In this document: one piece after another, positions 19,523 to 29,567 of the stretch
Numbering within the stretch: the first letter of the stretch is position 1
Layout of the letters: the number at the start of each line of letters is the position of its first letter
Origin: Bacillota bacterium
Lineage (GTDB): Bacteria; Bacillota; Limnochordia; Limnochordales; DUMU01
DNA: 64,000 bases
Direction: 5' to 3'
Assembly: GCA_012839805.1 (NCBI GenBank)
Contig: DUMU01000033.1
Location: 71,567 to 135,566 of the forward strand
Made by a program: the position numbers and the translations under genes
Notes under the pieces: model-generated
What the model was told of the DNA's origin: nothing
Seen by the model: only the letters and a program-made list of their open reading frames with translations
Database searches by the model: none

Positions 19523-20698
19523 CTAGAAACTCTCTCGCCGGTCTAACTCGTCTACGCCGTGTTCGGCCCAGACTTGCAGGAACGAGAGGAGCTCCTCCAG
19601 GCTGGGACTGCGGCGCTGGCGGACGTAAAAGCCGGAAGTAGCCGTACCGAGCAGCAGGGCCTCCTCGGGCGGCAGTCCGAGCAGGAGACCGGAGCAGAGG
19701 CCCGCGTTGAAGTTATCTCCCGCCCCGGTGGTAAGGCGAGGAGTGGGCGTATAGGGCCCGGCTACGTGGAAGACCTGCGGCCCGGCCGCCTGGAAGTAGC
19801 CGGCGGCCTCATCCGTGGGATGAACTACTACTGCCCAGATGTCCAGCACCTCGCCAATTCTACGGGCGGTCTCTGCCGCCGGTAGCGAGGGGTCACCCCG
19901 GCGGGCCACCCCAAGGGCACAAGCCACCTGATCGGCCTCGCGACGGTTGAAGCCGGCGATCACCCGGCCGTAGGGGCGGTAGCTCTGGATCACCCGCAGG
20001 ACGTTCCTCAGCTCTTCGACAGTGCGCTTCTCGGGGTCGGCGAGATCGAAGAAGAAGAACGGCGGCTCGGCAAATTCGACCCGAGGCAGGACATCCGTGA
20101 CGATGTGCTGCCAGATCTCGGTCGCGTACGGGAGGATGGACCAGTTGACGAGCGCGATCAGCTTGGCCTGGCCGATGATCCGGGCAAGCTCGTCCAAGGG
20201 CACCTTGGCGATGAGGTTTTCCCAGTTCACCCGGCGAATCGGCTCAAGTTTGCCGAGCATTAGTTTGCCGTCGTTGAACTCTAAGGCATCGGTGTGACCC
20301 GGGTCGGCGATGCTGATCATCCGGCAACGGTCGGCGAGCTCACGAAAGACGGGATGGGGCTCGGGCAGGCCGACGCTACCGATGTAGGTAAGGGGGAATC
20401 CCTGGCTGACCAGGGCATTGGCCATGATGGGACCGTTACCCCCCAGCTTGATCTGTATGGGAACGAGCTCGATGTTGGTGGAAAGTCCGGCCGCCGAGGT
20501 GACCCGCTCGGCAAAGCGGCTGATGGTCTCGGTACGTTCCCACTCCTGTGGCCCGAACCGCTTGTCCACCACGTGGACGATCTCGTCCACGAAGCCGTCA
20601 AAGCCGACCAGAAGGGGAAAACCGGCCGGTTGGGAAGTACGCGAGGTCAAGTGACGAATGGTGCTTTCTACCACCGGACGCGAATCGGGAAGGGACAC
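19523..20698 (-). CDS. PfkB/ribokinase-superfamily sugar kinase
   Basis: C-terminal TTGAGDNFNAG motif and an N-terminal GFDGFVDEIV / GGNGPIMANAL pattern. The GTG start is preceded by AGGAGGAG. Confidence 0.65.
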   Translation of the reverse strand: MSLPDSRPVVESTIRHLTSRTSQPAGFPLLVGFDGFVDEIVHVVDKRFGPQEWERTETISRFAERVTSAAGLSTNIELVPIQIKLGGNGPIMANALVSQGFPLTYIGSVGLPEPHPVFRELADRCRMISIADPGHTDALEFNDGKLMLGKLEPIRRVNWENLIAKVPLDELARIIGQAKLIALVNWSILPYATEIWQHIVTDVLPRVEFAEPPFFFFDLADPEKRTVEELRNVLRVIQSYRPYGRVIAGFNRREADQVACALGVARRGDPSLPAAETARRIGEVLDIWAVVVHPTDEAAGYFQAAGPQVFHVAGPYTPTPRLTTGAGDNFNAGLCSGLLLGLPPEEALLLGTATSGFYVRQRRSPSLEELLSFLQVWAEHGVDELDRRESF

Positions 20699-20865
20699 GA
20701 AGACTCCTCCTGTCGAGTCTGGAATCTCTTTCGAAGTACGAACGAGCTAGGACTTCGCCACCGGGCAGCGGAATCCTGCTACCGTTGCAGGCGGCGGGGA
20801 GAGAGCACCGCACTAGGAAGGAGAGCGCCGCGGTACGGCGTAGTAACAAAACGGGAGGCACGCCG

Positions 20866-21780
20866 ATGCGATTGGGATTGATCACCGACGAGGTGGGGCA
20901 GGACCTGGAGGAAGCGCTCGACCTGGCCGAGGAATTCGGTATTCGTGATGTTGAACTGCGTTCGGTATGGGGTAAGAACGTGATTCAACTCAGTGCGGAG
21001 GAAGTGGCCCGGGTCGGGCGTTTGATCAGGGCCCGCGGCATGCGGGTGGTGAGTGTGGCCGGTCCCGTTTACAAGTGCCATCTCCACTCGGATGAGAAGC
21101 AAAAAACGGGGGATCTCCACGGCGCTCCCGAGGATCTCCCGCCCGCGGCCCACCTCGAGCTGCTGCGACGCGAAATCGCGCTGGCCGAGGAATGGGGTGC
21201 GCCCTTCGTGCGTACCTTTGCCTTCTGGCGGGACCAGGAATCCCTTTCCGAGACCATACTGGACGAGGTCGCAGCAGCTTTGCGCCGCTTGCTCGAGGTG
21301 ATGGCCGCCTCAGGCTCGGGGTGCAGGCTACTGCTGGAGAACGAACATGCCTGCTACGTCGGATCGGGGGCGGAGGTGGAGGCCCTTTGGCAACGCCCGG
21401 GTTTGGACGGTCTGGGGCTGATCTGGGATCCCGGCAATGCCTTCTGGCGGGGGGAGCGGCCCTACCCCGACGGCTTTCGGGCCGTGCTGAGGGGCCCCGG
21501 GGGGGAGCGCCTGTTGCACGTTCATGTGAAGGATGCCAGGCGGACCGGGGATCAACGGCATCCGTACGCCTGGTCGGCGGTGGGCGAGGGCGAGATCGAT
21601 TTCCCCTGCCAGTTCGCCGCTTTGGCGGAAATGGGGTACCAGGGGGTACTCTCCCTGGAGACGCACTGGAGGCCGGCGGGCGGAAACGGAAAAGAAGCTT
21701 CTCGCCACTCCCTGCAGGGGATGGTTCGGGCCCTGGAGAAGGCCGGCCTGACCCGCGACGAGGAGGGGGACTGGAAGTAG
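20866..21780 (+). CDS. xylose-isomerase-like TIM-barrel sugar(-phosphate) isomerase/epimerase
   Basis: AP_endonuc_2-type pattern: LLLENEH, WDPGNAF, HVHVKD and LSLETH. GGGAGG lies upstream of ATG 20866, and the ORF opens at 20548. Confidence 0.7.
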   Translation: MRLGLITDEVGQDLEEALDLAEEFGIRDVELRSVWGKNVIQLSAEEVARVGRLIRARGMRVVSVAGPVYKCHLHSDEKQKTGDLHGAPEDLPPAAHLELLRREIALAEEWGAPFVRTFAFWRDQESLSETILDEVAAALRRLLEVMAASGSGCRLLLENEHACYVGSGAEVEALWQRPGLDGLGLIWDPGNAFWRGERPYPDGFRAVLRGPGGERLLHVHVKDARRTGDQRHPYAWSAVGEGEIDFPCQFAALAEMGYQGVLSLETHWRPAGGNGKEASRHSLQGMVRALEKAGLTRDEEGDWK

Positions 21781-21952
21781 GGGCTTCAAGCGGCATCGAC
21801 GGGTAGAACCCGATGCCGGTGTCGAGGCAAGAATGCATTGGTTCGGATCTCGTATTAAAATGGAAGTGGGCGTCTGGCAGGGCGAGGTCGGGTATCGTGA
21901 TCTCTCAAGCCCGCCACGGGGCGCCGCGGAAATCTGGCAGGTATCGGGGTGA

Positions 21953-23602
21953 ATGACCATAGACGACTTATCTGGCGACTTAGGCAGGCTCCTTCTTGCC
22001 CTGTCCCTGGTGCTACTTAATGCCTTTTTCGTGATTGCCGAGTTTTCCCTCGTCAAGGTGGGTGAATCCCGGCTCAAGGAGCTGGCCCAGTCCGGGCAAA
22101 GGCGGGCGCGGGCGGCCTTGAGGGTTCTGGAGCGGCTGGAGGTGCTGCTGCCCACCGTTCAACTGGGGATCACGCTTTCCTCGCTCACGCTGGGATGGCT
22201 CGGGGTTCCACTAGTCCGGGAATTGCTGACCCCCTTCTTTGATCACTTGCTGGCCGTTTCGGCCGGAACGCGAACCGTTCTGGCGGGTGCGCTCTCTCTT
22301 GGCCTGCTCGCCTTCGTCCATGTTATCCTGGGCGAACTCCTTCCCAAGTCCCTGGCTATCCGGCAAGCCGAGGAGGTCGTGCTTTGGAGCGCACCGGCCC
22401 TGCTCGGGTTGTATCGCCTGACCTTTCCTCTGGTATGGCTCTTCCACCGGTCGGTTCGACTGGTTTTGCGACTTTTCGGGTTGCGGGCGGCGACGGAAGC
22501 TGACCTCGTCCCTTCGGAAGAGGAACTGCGAGAGCTCGTCTCCAGCAGCCATGAGCAAGGGGTGCTGGACACAGTCGAGCGTGACCTTCTGGTCAATGTC
22601 TTCGACCTATCGGACCGGGTGGCCAAGGAGGTCATGATCCCGCGCCAGGATATGGTCTGTATATTCACAGACAACACTTTGGCCGAGATTATGGACATAA
22701 TCCAGACTTCGGGACACACCCGCTACCCCCTTTGCGACGGTGATCGCGACCATATCGTCGGCCTCGTCCACGTACGGGATCTGGTTGGCCTGGTGGACCA
22801 GCAACGCACCGGAGGTGAGGGAGGGCTCGACGTCGTACCGGACTGGCGGCGCATCACCCACGACATCCTGATGGTGCCGGAGGGCACATCGGTTAAACGC
22901 CTGCTCAGTGACATGCAGCGCCGGCGCACCCATATGGCAGTGGTATTGGACGAGTACGGCGGTACCGCCGGCCTCGTCACCATGGAGGACATCGTTGAGG
23001 AGATCGTGGGGGAAATCTACGACGAGTTCGACCAGGAACCTCCAAAAGTACAGCCCCTGGGCAACAACGCGTTCGAGCTCGACGGCTCGCTCTTGCTCGA
23101 GGATGTGGGCGAGCTGCTGGGCGTGACGCTAGAGGACCCCGACGTAGACACGGTGGGGGGCTTCGTTTTCAACCGGCTGGGCCGCAAGCCCAAGCGGGGG
23201 GACCTGGTGCTCCACGATCGATACCGGTTCCAGGTTCTCGAAGTGAAGGGCGCGCGCATCGTTCGTCTCCTGGTCGAACCGCTCGTGGCCGGGACCGGTG
23301 GCCGCGCCAAAGCCACCGAACCCTCCGAGTCTACTCAGGCCGGTAAGCCGGCTCGAGCCCGCGAACCCGCCGGAGCCGCCGCTCCGGCCGCCGAGGTCGT
23401 GGACACCGCCGGGCCGGCTTCAGACCGCGCCCCGGCGGCGGGCAAGGCGGCGGCCGCCGGGGTAGGCCTGGTCATGCACCAGGCGACGGCCGCCCGCGCC
23501 GCGTTGGAGGGCGGGCGGACCGGGGGCGGACCGGCTCACCCGGAACGGCCGGAACCCCGTTCAACTTTGACCCTATCCGGGAACGAGGGTGTTTCCGGAT
23601 AG
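21953..23602 (+). CDS. CNNM/CorC-HlyC family transporter, second paralogue, with a ~110-aa low-complexity tail
   Basis: Same DUF21 / CBS / CorC_HlyC order as 16059-17480, followed by an Ala/Gly/Pro-rich C-terminal extension. Confidence 0.8.
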   Translation: MTIDDLSGDLGRLLLALSLVLLNAFFVIAEFSLVKVGESRLKELAQSGQRRARAALRVLERLEVLLPTVQLGITLSSLTLGWLGVPLVRELLTPFFDHLLAVSAGTRTVLAGALSLGLLAFVHVILGELLPKSLAIRQAEEVVLWSAPALLGLYRLTFPLVWLFHRSVRLVLRLFGLRAATEADLVPSEEELRELVSSSHEQGVLDTVERDLLVNVFDLSDRVAKEVMIPRQDMVCIFTDNTLAEIMDIIQTSGHTRYPLCDGDRDHIVGLVHVRDLVGLVDQQRTGGEGGLDVVPDWRRITHDILMVPEGTSVKRLLSDMQRRRTHMAVVLDEYGGTAGLVTMEDIVEEIVGEIYDEFDQEPPKVQPLGNNAFELDGSLLLEDVGELLGVTLEDPDVDTVGGFVFNRLGRKPKRGDLVLHDRYRFQVLEVKGARIVRLLVEPLVAGTGGRAKATEPSESTQAGKPARAREPAGAAAPAAEVVDTAGPASDRAPAAGKAAAAGVGLVMHQATAARAALEGGRTGGGPAHPERPEPRSTLTLSGNEGVSG

Positions 23603-23708
23603 GGAGGACATGAACCGGCGACGTAGAAACTTACACCGTAAAGCGACGGGGAGTTCGGATACGCCCGCCGCCGTATCACCATTCTTGCACTACCGAGGAG
23701 GACGGTCC

Positions 23709-24701
23709 ATGATCAACGTCGGGGTTCTGGGCGCCGGGACGATGGGTTGGGCCCACGCGACCTCCTACGCGCGACTACCCAACGTCCGTTTGGTCGGGAT
23801 TGCCGACATCGACTTACCCAAGGCGAAACGTTTGGCCGAGGCGACCGGGAGTACGGCCGTACCTCGGGCGGAGGATTTGATCGGCCGAAGCGACATCGAC
23901 CTCATCGATGTTTGCTTGCCCACCCATTTGCATCGTACGTATGTGGAAGCGGCGGCCGCGGCCAAAAAGCATATCTTCTGCGAGAAGCCCCTGGCTCGCT
24001 CCCTCGCCGACGGGCAGGCGATCCTCGCGGCTTGCGACCGCGCCGGGGTGAAGCTCGGGGTGGGTCACGTAGTACGGTTCTTCCCCGAGTACGCGCAGGC
24101 AACGGCGGCCGTGCGAGCCGGGCGGCTGGGTGAGATCGGCGTGATCCGCACCTCCCGGGGTGGGGGCGGCTTTCCCACCGCGTGGAACGACTGGTATGCC
24201 AACTACGAGTGGAGCGGCGGACTGGCCCTGGATTTGTTAATCCACGATTTCGACTGGCTGCGCTGGACTTTCGGTCCGGTGGAACGGGTTTTTGCCAAGA
24301 GTACGCACGGGCGGGACTTCAACCGCGAGGAATACGTCCTGGTTACCTTGCGCCTGAAGAGCGGGGCCATCGCCCACGTAGAAGGGACATGGCTCCAGGC
24401 AGGGGGATTCGCCACCTCGTTTGAGATCGTAGGGACCAAAGGAATGCTGTCGCACAGTAGCCGGGAGGTAACCCCTCTCGTTGTCGTAACTCCTCCTACC
24501 CCGGGAGCCCCGGGGGTGGCGGTGCCCGAGTCGGCGGGAGAAAGCCCGTATTTCAAGGAGATCCAGGCATTCGTCAACGCCCTGGAGCGGGGCGAGCCTA
24601 TTCCTGTGGACGGTAAGGAAGGTTACGAAGCTCTCAAGATCGCGCTGGCGGTCCTTGAGTCGATGGAGACGGGACGGGTCGTCCGGGTGGAGGGGGAGTG
24701 A
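23709..24701 (+). CDS. Gfo/Idh/MocA-family NAD(P)-dependent oxidoreductase
   Basis: Rossmann N-terminus MINVGVLGAGTMG and the EKPLA motif. GAGGAGGA lies upstream of ATG 23709. Confidence 0.8.
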   Translation: MINVGVLGAGTMGWAHATSYARLPNVRLVGIADIDLPKAKRLAEATGSTAVPRAEDLIGRSDIDLIDVCLPTHLHRTYVEAAAAAKKHIFCEKPLARSLADGQAILAACDRAGVKLGVGHVVRFFPEYAQATAAVRAGRLGEIGVIRTSRGGGGFPTAWNDWYANYEWSGGLALDLLIHDFDWLRWTFGPVERVFAKSTHGRDFNREEYVLVTLRLKSGAIAHVEGTWLQAGGFATSFEIVGTKGMLSHSSREVTPLVVVTPPTPGAPGVAVPESAGESPYFKEIQAFVNALERGEPIPVDGKEGYEALKIALAVLESMETGRVVRVEGE

Positions 24702-24704
24702 GCG

Positions 24705-25727
24705 ATGGAGCGGAACAACCAGGGAAGACCGGTCCGGCTGGGGCTGGTCAGCATGGCCCACCTGCATGCTTACAGTTACGCTGATTGCCTCATGCGCCTG
24801 CCTAAGGATCAGGCCGAATTCGTGGGCATTTGGGACGAGAACGAAGAACGGGCGAAGGAGAACGCGGCTCGCCGGGGGACGCGTCATTTCCGGGACCTTG
24901 GCCAGCTCCTGGCGGAAGTGGACGGGGTGGTGGTCGCTTCCACCAACCGCCGCCACGAGGAACTGGTCCTGGCCGCGGTGGAGGCGGGGAAAGCGGTCAT
25001 CTGCGAAAAGCCCCTGTCCATCAATGCGGAGTCAGGGGCGCGGATGGTACGCGCGGCTCGAGATAAAGGAGTTCCGCTTTTTACGGCTTTTCCCGTCCGC
25101 TTCATCCCGGTGGTGGAAAAGGCCCGCGAGTTGATCCGCTCCGGGCGCATTGGCCGGGTACTGGCGATAAACGGTACCAATCACGGGCAGATGCCAGGAG
25201 GGTGGTTCACCGACCCCGAGGAGGCCGGTGGTGGCTCCCTGATCGACCACACGGTGCACGTGGCCGACATCATCCGCTGGATGCTAGGAGCGGAGTTCAC
25301 CGAGGTGTATGCCGAGTATGACCGGCGGCTCTACGACATCCCGGTCGAGGATTGCGCCATCCTGATGATGGAGGTGGAAGGCGGGGTCTTCGCCACCATC
25401 GACGCCTCCTGGTCCCGTCCCCGTTCGTTCCCCTTCTGGGGGGACGTCACCATGGGCATCCAGGCCACCGGCGGGGTCATCCGGCTCGACGCCTTCGGGC
25501 AGACGATGACCTTCTATTCGGATGAGCGGATGCGCCCGTCCTGGGAGTTCTACGGCGAGAACGCCGACTATCGCATGATCGCCGAGTTTGCCCGGGTAGT
25601 CCGCGAAGGGGGTCCCACCCAGCTGGCCACCGGGCTCGACGGGCTCCGGGCTGCCGAGGTAGCCTTCGCCGCCTATGAAGCGGGGCGGCGTCACCAGCCG
25701 GTCAAGCTCGAGCTCGTTCAGATCTGA
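24705..25727 (+). CDS. Gfo/Idh/MocA-family NAD(P)-dependent oxidoreductase
   Basis: VRLGLVSMAH N-terminus and the CEKPLS motif. It starts 4 nt after the preceding stop. Confidence 0.8.
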   Translation: MERNNQGRPVRLGLVSMAHLHAYSYADCLMRLPKDQAEFVGIWDENEERAKENAARRGTRHFRDLGQLLAEVDGVVVASTNRRHEELVLAAVEAGKAVICEKPLSINAESGARMVRAARDKGVPLFTAFPVRFIPVVEKARELIRSGRIGRVLAINGTNHGQMPGGWFTDPEEAGGGSLIDHTVHVADIIRWMLGAEFTEVYAEYDRRLYDIPVEDCAILMMEVEGGVFATIDASWSRPRSFPFWGDVTMGIQATGGVIRLDAFGQTMTFYSDERMRPSWEFYGENADYRMIAEFARVVREGGPTQLATGLDGLRAAEVAFAAYEAGRRHQPVKLELVQI

Positions 25728-25849
25728 CGCGGCTTCCACCCGGTGTTGCCGGGAAAACTCTGGCTCACCATCAAACGCGATGGCCCGAGGGGCTGCGGTT
25801 TCCCCATGCCGGGAGGCGCAGTTCTCTCGAGCCTTATTTGTTTACCTCC

Positions 25850-25885
25850 CCCGTAGAGCTCCCCCAGCCCGTAGAGCTCCCCCAG
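25850..25885. repeat. exact 18-bp tandem duplication (CCCGTAGAGCTCCCCCAG x2)
   Basis: Read directly at 25850-25867 and 25868-25885. It is intergenic, upstream of korA. Confidence 0.9.
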
Positions 25886-25967
25886 CCGGGTGACCTGCAC
25901 GTCCAGCAGCCCACCACCCCACGGCGGCCCTGGAGTTCTCCGGACGCGCGTCGCCGGGTGGAAAACA

Positions 25968-25976
25968 TGATATAAT
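25968..25976 (+). promoter_or_regulatory. extended -10 promoter candidate (TGaTATAAT) for korAB
   Basis: It sits in the only AT-rich patch (about 25964-26000) of an otherwise GC-rich intergenic region, about 100 nt upstream of korA. Confidence 0.4.
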
Positions 25977-26073
25977 TAGCTAGAACTATATAAACCCTTG
26001 CTGCCGGCAGCTGCGGCTGAACGGGCCGGCGGAGGGCGGCGGGGGAAAGCAATTCACGAGGAGAGAAAGTAGC

Positions 26074-27900
26074 ATGGCCGGAGAAGTGGTGCTGAAGCTC
26101 GCCGGGGAGGCCGGGCAGGGGGTGGAGTCGAGCGGCGCCGGCTTTGCCCGGGCGCTGGCGCGAGGAGGTCTTTCGGTCTTTGGTTCACAGGACTACATGT
26201 CTCGTATCCGTGGTGGTCATAACTTCTATCTCATCCGTGCTTCGGCCGGAGAGGACCTTTGGGCACCCCCGGACCGGGTGCATCTCTTGCTGGCTTTCGA
26301 TGCCGAAAGCTTGACGCTCCACCTGGACGAACTGGTCGCCGGGGGCGGGGCGATTTACGACGACGCGATGAAGGTGGACGAAGAAGAATTCGAGCGGCGT
26401 AAGGTCCAGGCCTTCCCGCTGCCCCTGGCACGCATCGCCCAGGAAAAGGGTAGTAACCGGCTGATGGTGAACACCGCGGCTCTGGCCGCGGCCGCAGGGA
26501 TCATGGACTATGATTTCGCGTACGTGGACTCGGTGATACAGGACAACTTCCGGCGGAAGGGCAACGCGGTGGTCGACGCCAACCGTAAGGTGGCGGAGGC
26601 GGCCTACCAGGAGGCCCGGCAGCGCTACGGTGACCGCTTCGAATGGAAGCTCAGACCCTTGACGCCGCTGGGGCAAAGCCCGTACCTCCTACTCAGCGGC
26701 CACCAGGCGCTGGCCCTGGGGGCTTTGGCCGGCGGCTGCCGGTTCATCTCCGCTTATCCGATGACTCCGGCCTCCTCCATCTTCGAGTGGATGGTCGCGC
26801 ATGCGAACCAGTACGGTATTGTCGCCAAGCAGACGGAAGATGAGATCTCGGCCATCCTGATGGCCATCGGCGCGGCACACATGGGGGCCAGAGCCATGAC
26901 CGCCACCTCCGGAGGCGGGTTTTCCTTGATGGTGGAGGCGCTGGGGATGGCGGGCATGATGGAAGAACCGGTGGTGATCGTCCTGGCCCAACGCCCCGGG
27001 CCGTCTACCGGTATGCCGACCCGTACCGAGCAGGGCGATCTCTTGTTTGCTCTTCACGCTTCTCAGGGCGAATTCCCCCGCGTCCTGCTGGCTCCGGGGA
27101 CGGTAGAGGAGGCCTTCCGGTTGGGCGCAGAAGCCTTCAACCTGGCAGAGCGGTATCAGCTGCCGGTCATCATCCTGACCGACGCGTTTTTGGCCAACGC
27201 CGTCAAGACGGTGGAACGGTCCGCCCTTGCCTTGAGCCGGGTAGAGATCGACCGGGGTGAACTGGTTACCCCCGCCGAGCTCGACCGGATGCCGGAGGGC
27301 GAGAAGTACCTGCGCTACCGGGTGACTCCCTCCGGAATCTCGCCCCGGGCTCTACCCGGTCATCCCCGGGCGGTCTATCTCGGCAACTCCGACGAACACA
27401 CCGAGGCGGGCGCGTTCGAGGACGAGGATCCCGAAAACCGGGAGCGCATGCACAGTAAGCGCCTGCGCAAGCTGGAGACGGTGGCAAAGGAGATACCGGG
27501 GCCGTTCGTTTACGACAACGGTGCCAGTGCCGGGGATGGGGCCCGCCATTCCGAGGTGGTACTCATCGGCTGGGGTTCAAGCTATGGCCCGTTGCGGGAG
27601 GCAGTGGAGGAATTGGGGCGGCAGGGCGTGGCGGCAAAAATGGTTCACTTGGCGTACCTTTGGCCGTTTCCGGTGGCCAAGCTGGAGGCTATCCTCACCC
27701 CCTGGCTTGAGCGCGGCAGTCTCCTGGTGGTCGTGGAGGGCAACGCCACCGGCCAGCTGAGGCGACTGTTACGGGCCGAGACGGGGATCGAGGCCGGCGC
27801 CCGGGTTCTGCGTTACGACGGGCGACCTCTCACCGCCGGTTTCATTCTGGAGAAGTTGGCCGCAGTGGAGCGCCGGTTGCTTGCCGTCTCGCGAACATAG
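26074..27900 (+). CDS. korA: 2-oxoacid:ferredoxin oxidoreductase, alpha subunit (gamma-alpha fused type)
   Basis: N-terminal gamma-like domain (GEAGQGVESSG) and an alpha domain (SAYPMTPASSIFEWM). A beta-subunit gene follows. Confidence 0.85.
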   Translation: MAGEVVLKLAGEAGQGVESSGAGFARALARGGLSVFGSQDYMSRIRGGHNFYLIRASAGEDLWAPPDRVHLLLAFDAESLTLHLDELVAGGGAIYDDAMKVDEEEFERRKVQAFPLPLARIAQEKGSNRLMVNTAALAAAAGIMDYDFAYVDSVIQDNFRRKGNAVVDANRKVAEAAYQEARQRYGDRFEWKLRPLTPLGQSPYLLLSGHQALALGALAGGCRFISAYPMTPASSIFEWMVAHANQYGIVAKQTEDEISAILMAIGAAHMGARAMTATSGGGFSLMVEALGMAGMMEEPVVIVLAQRPGPSTGMPTRTEQGDLLFALHASQGEFPRVLLAPGTVEEAFRLGAEAFNLAERYQLPVIILTDAFLANAVKTVERSALALSRVEIDRGELVTPAELDRMPEGEKYLRYRVTPSGISPRALPGHPRAVYLGNSDEHTEAGAFEDEDPENRERMHSKRLRKLETVAKEIPGPFVYDNGASAGDGARHSEVVLIGWGSSYGPLREAVEELGRQGVAAKMVHLAYLWPFPVAKLEAILTPWLERGSLLVVVEGNATGQLRRLLRAETGIEAGARVLRYDGRPLTAGFILEKLAAVERRLLAVSRT

Positions 27901-27968
27901 GCCGTCGGAGGCTCGCGAGGTCGTTGCTGTCTTATGGACTCTGGGACTTTGAATGGGAGGTCCGTGTA

Positions 27969-28850
27969 ATGCTGGATCTCGAACTCTATAAGAGTGAAGT
28001 AACGCCCACCTGGTGCCCGGGCTGCGGCGACTATGGCATCCTGAGCGCGGTAAAGCAAGCCCTGGCGGAACTTGAGATCTACCCGCATGAAGTGCTTTTC
28101 GTTTCGGGGATCGGCTGCGGCAGCAAGCTGCCCGACTATATCCACGCCAACGGCCTGACCACCCTGCACGGGCGGGCTTTGCCGGTGGCCCAGGGGGCGA
28201 AGCTGGCCAACCCAAGGATGCACGTGATCGCGGTCACAGGTGACGGCGACGCGTACGGTATCGGCGGGAACCATCTCCTGCATGCCGTGCGGCGGAACAT
28301 CGACATCACTCATATCGTGGAAAACAACATGGTCTACGCCCTGACCAAAGGCCAGTACTCGCCCACCACCGCCAGGGGTTCGGTGACGAAGACGACGCCC
28401 CCACCGGAGGGCGTGCCCGAAGATCCGATCAACCCGCTGGCCCTGGCGCTGGCGGCAGGGGCGACTTTCGTGGCCCGGGGTTTCGCCGGCGATCCCAAGT
28501 ACCTCGCCTGGCTCATTGGTCGCGCCATTCGCCACCGGGGATATGCCCTGGTAGACGTGCTGCAGCCGTGTGTCATCTTTAACCGGATCAACACCGCCAA
28601 ATGGTACCGCGAGCGAGTCTACCATCTGAACGAAGAGCCCGACTACCGCCCGGAGGATCGGGAGTGGGCACGGCAGAAGGCCGAGGAGTGGGGAGACAGG
28701 ATCCCTACGGGGATCTTCTTCGAGACGGCCGGGAAGCCCACTTACGAAGAGACGGTTTCAGTGCTGCGGGAGCGTGAACCGGTGGCGACGAGAGAGCTGG
28801 CTCCGCTCTCCCCGGACGAGGAGCAGGCACTCCTGGCCGAGTTCGCTTGA
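27969..28850 (+). CDS. korB: 2-oxoacid:ferredoxin oxidoreductase, beta (TPP-binding) subunit
   Basis: Carries TWCPGCGDYGIL, GIGCGSK and the GDGDAYGIGGNH TPP motif. GGGAGG lies upstream of ATG 27969, and the ORF opens at 27924. Confidence 0.85.
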   Translation: MLDLELYKSEVTPTWCPGCGDYGILSAVKQALAELEIYPHEVLFVSGIGCGSKLPDYIHANGLTTLHGRALPVAQGAKLANPRMHVIAVTGDGDAYGIGGNHLLHAVRRNIDITHIVENNMVYALTKGQYSPTTARGSVTKTTPPPEGVPEDPINPLALALAAGATFVARGFAGDPKYLAWLIGRAIRHRGYALVDVLQPCVIFNRINTAKWYRERVYHLNEEPDYRPEDREWARQKAEEWGDRIPTGIFFETAGKPTYEETVSVLREREPVATRELAPLSPDEEQALLAEFA

Positions 28851-28969
28851 GGGCGCTAGGAATTGGGGGCGCCGGTGGCGAACGCTCCCTGGCGGGAAAA
28901 AAGGGAGGAAGAGGGGGAGGAGAGGTGCCGGTGCAGTGGGGGGGAAGCCATGCAACGGGAAGCGCCGCT

Positions 28970-29560
28970 ATGCCGGCGGAGGAACGGCGCCGGCTCCTGG
29001 TTCGCCTGCTGGAGGAGCAGGGCGACCAGCCCCTTACCGGTACTGAACTCGCTTCCCGTTTCGGAGTGAGCCGCCAGGTAATCGTACAGGATATGGCGAT
29101 CCTGCGGGCCGCCGGCGTGCCGCTCGTAGCCACCCCCCGGGGGTATCTTCTCCTTCGTTATCCCCATCCCGGCGGGGCGATGGTGCGGGACGTCCTCGCC
29201 GTCTGTCACTCGCCGGCAAAGACCCGCGACGAGCTGCTTTTCCTGGTGAACGCCGGCTGTCACGTGCTGGACGTGGTGGTGGAGCACCCGGTATATGGTG
29301 AACTTCGGGGCGACCTCCGGTTACGAACTGCCGCCGACGTGGAGGACTTCCTCCAGCGGGTGGCGGCAGCCAGGGCCCGGTTGCTTTCGTCCCTGACCGG
29401 CGGATTTCATTTCCACACGGTGGAAGCCCCCGACCTCGAGACCGTGGCGAAGGCCAGGAAAGGGTTGCGGGAGCTGGGAATTCTGCGCGAGGAGAGCGTT
29501 ACCTTGGCATCCGGCCGCCCCGGCACGGGAGTGGGATGGCCGGAGGGGGAGGGAAGCTGA
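28970..29560 (+). CDS. niaR: NiaR-type transcriptional regulator (HTH + 3H domain)
   Basis: HTH segment GTELASRFGVSRQVIVQDMAILRAAG followed by a His-rich 3H-like domain (VVEHPVYGELRG, FHFHTVEA). Confidence 0.7.
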   Translation: MPAEERRRLLVRLLEEQGDQPLTGTELASRFGVSRQVIVQDMAILRAAGVPLVATPRGYLLLRYPHPGGAMVRDVLAVCHSPAKTRDELLFLVNAGCHVLDVVVEHPVYGELRGDLRLRTAADVEDFLQRVAAARARLLSSLTGGFHFHTVEAPDLETVAKARKGLRELGILREESVTLASGRPGTGVGWPEGEGS

Positions 29561-29567
29561 AACCACC

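Noticed and set aside
20548-20865. 5' extensions of ORFs in the supplied track. Examples are 20548-20865, 2395-2508, 23589-23708, 27924-27968, 28847-28969, 44416-44685, 50878-50997, 54940-55002, 55814-55945 and 61990-62163.
   Set aside because: The extensions are Arg-rich and low-complexity and lie before the conserved N-termini. Internal ATG, GTG or TTG codons with good Shine-Dalgarno spacing fit the family N-termini better. The exact starts remain predictions.
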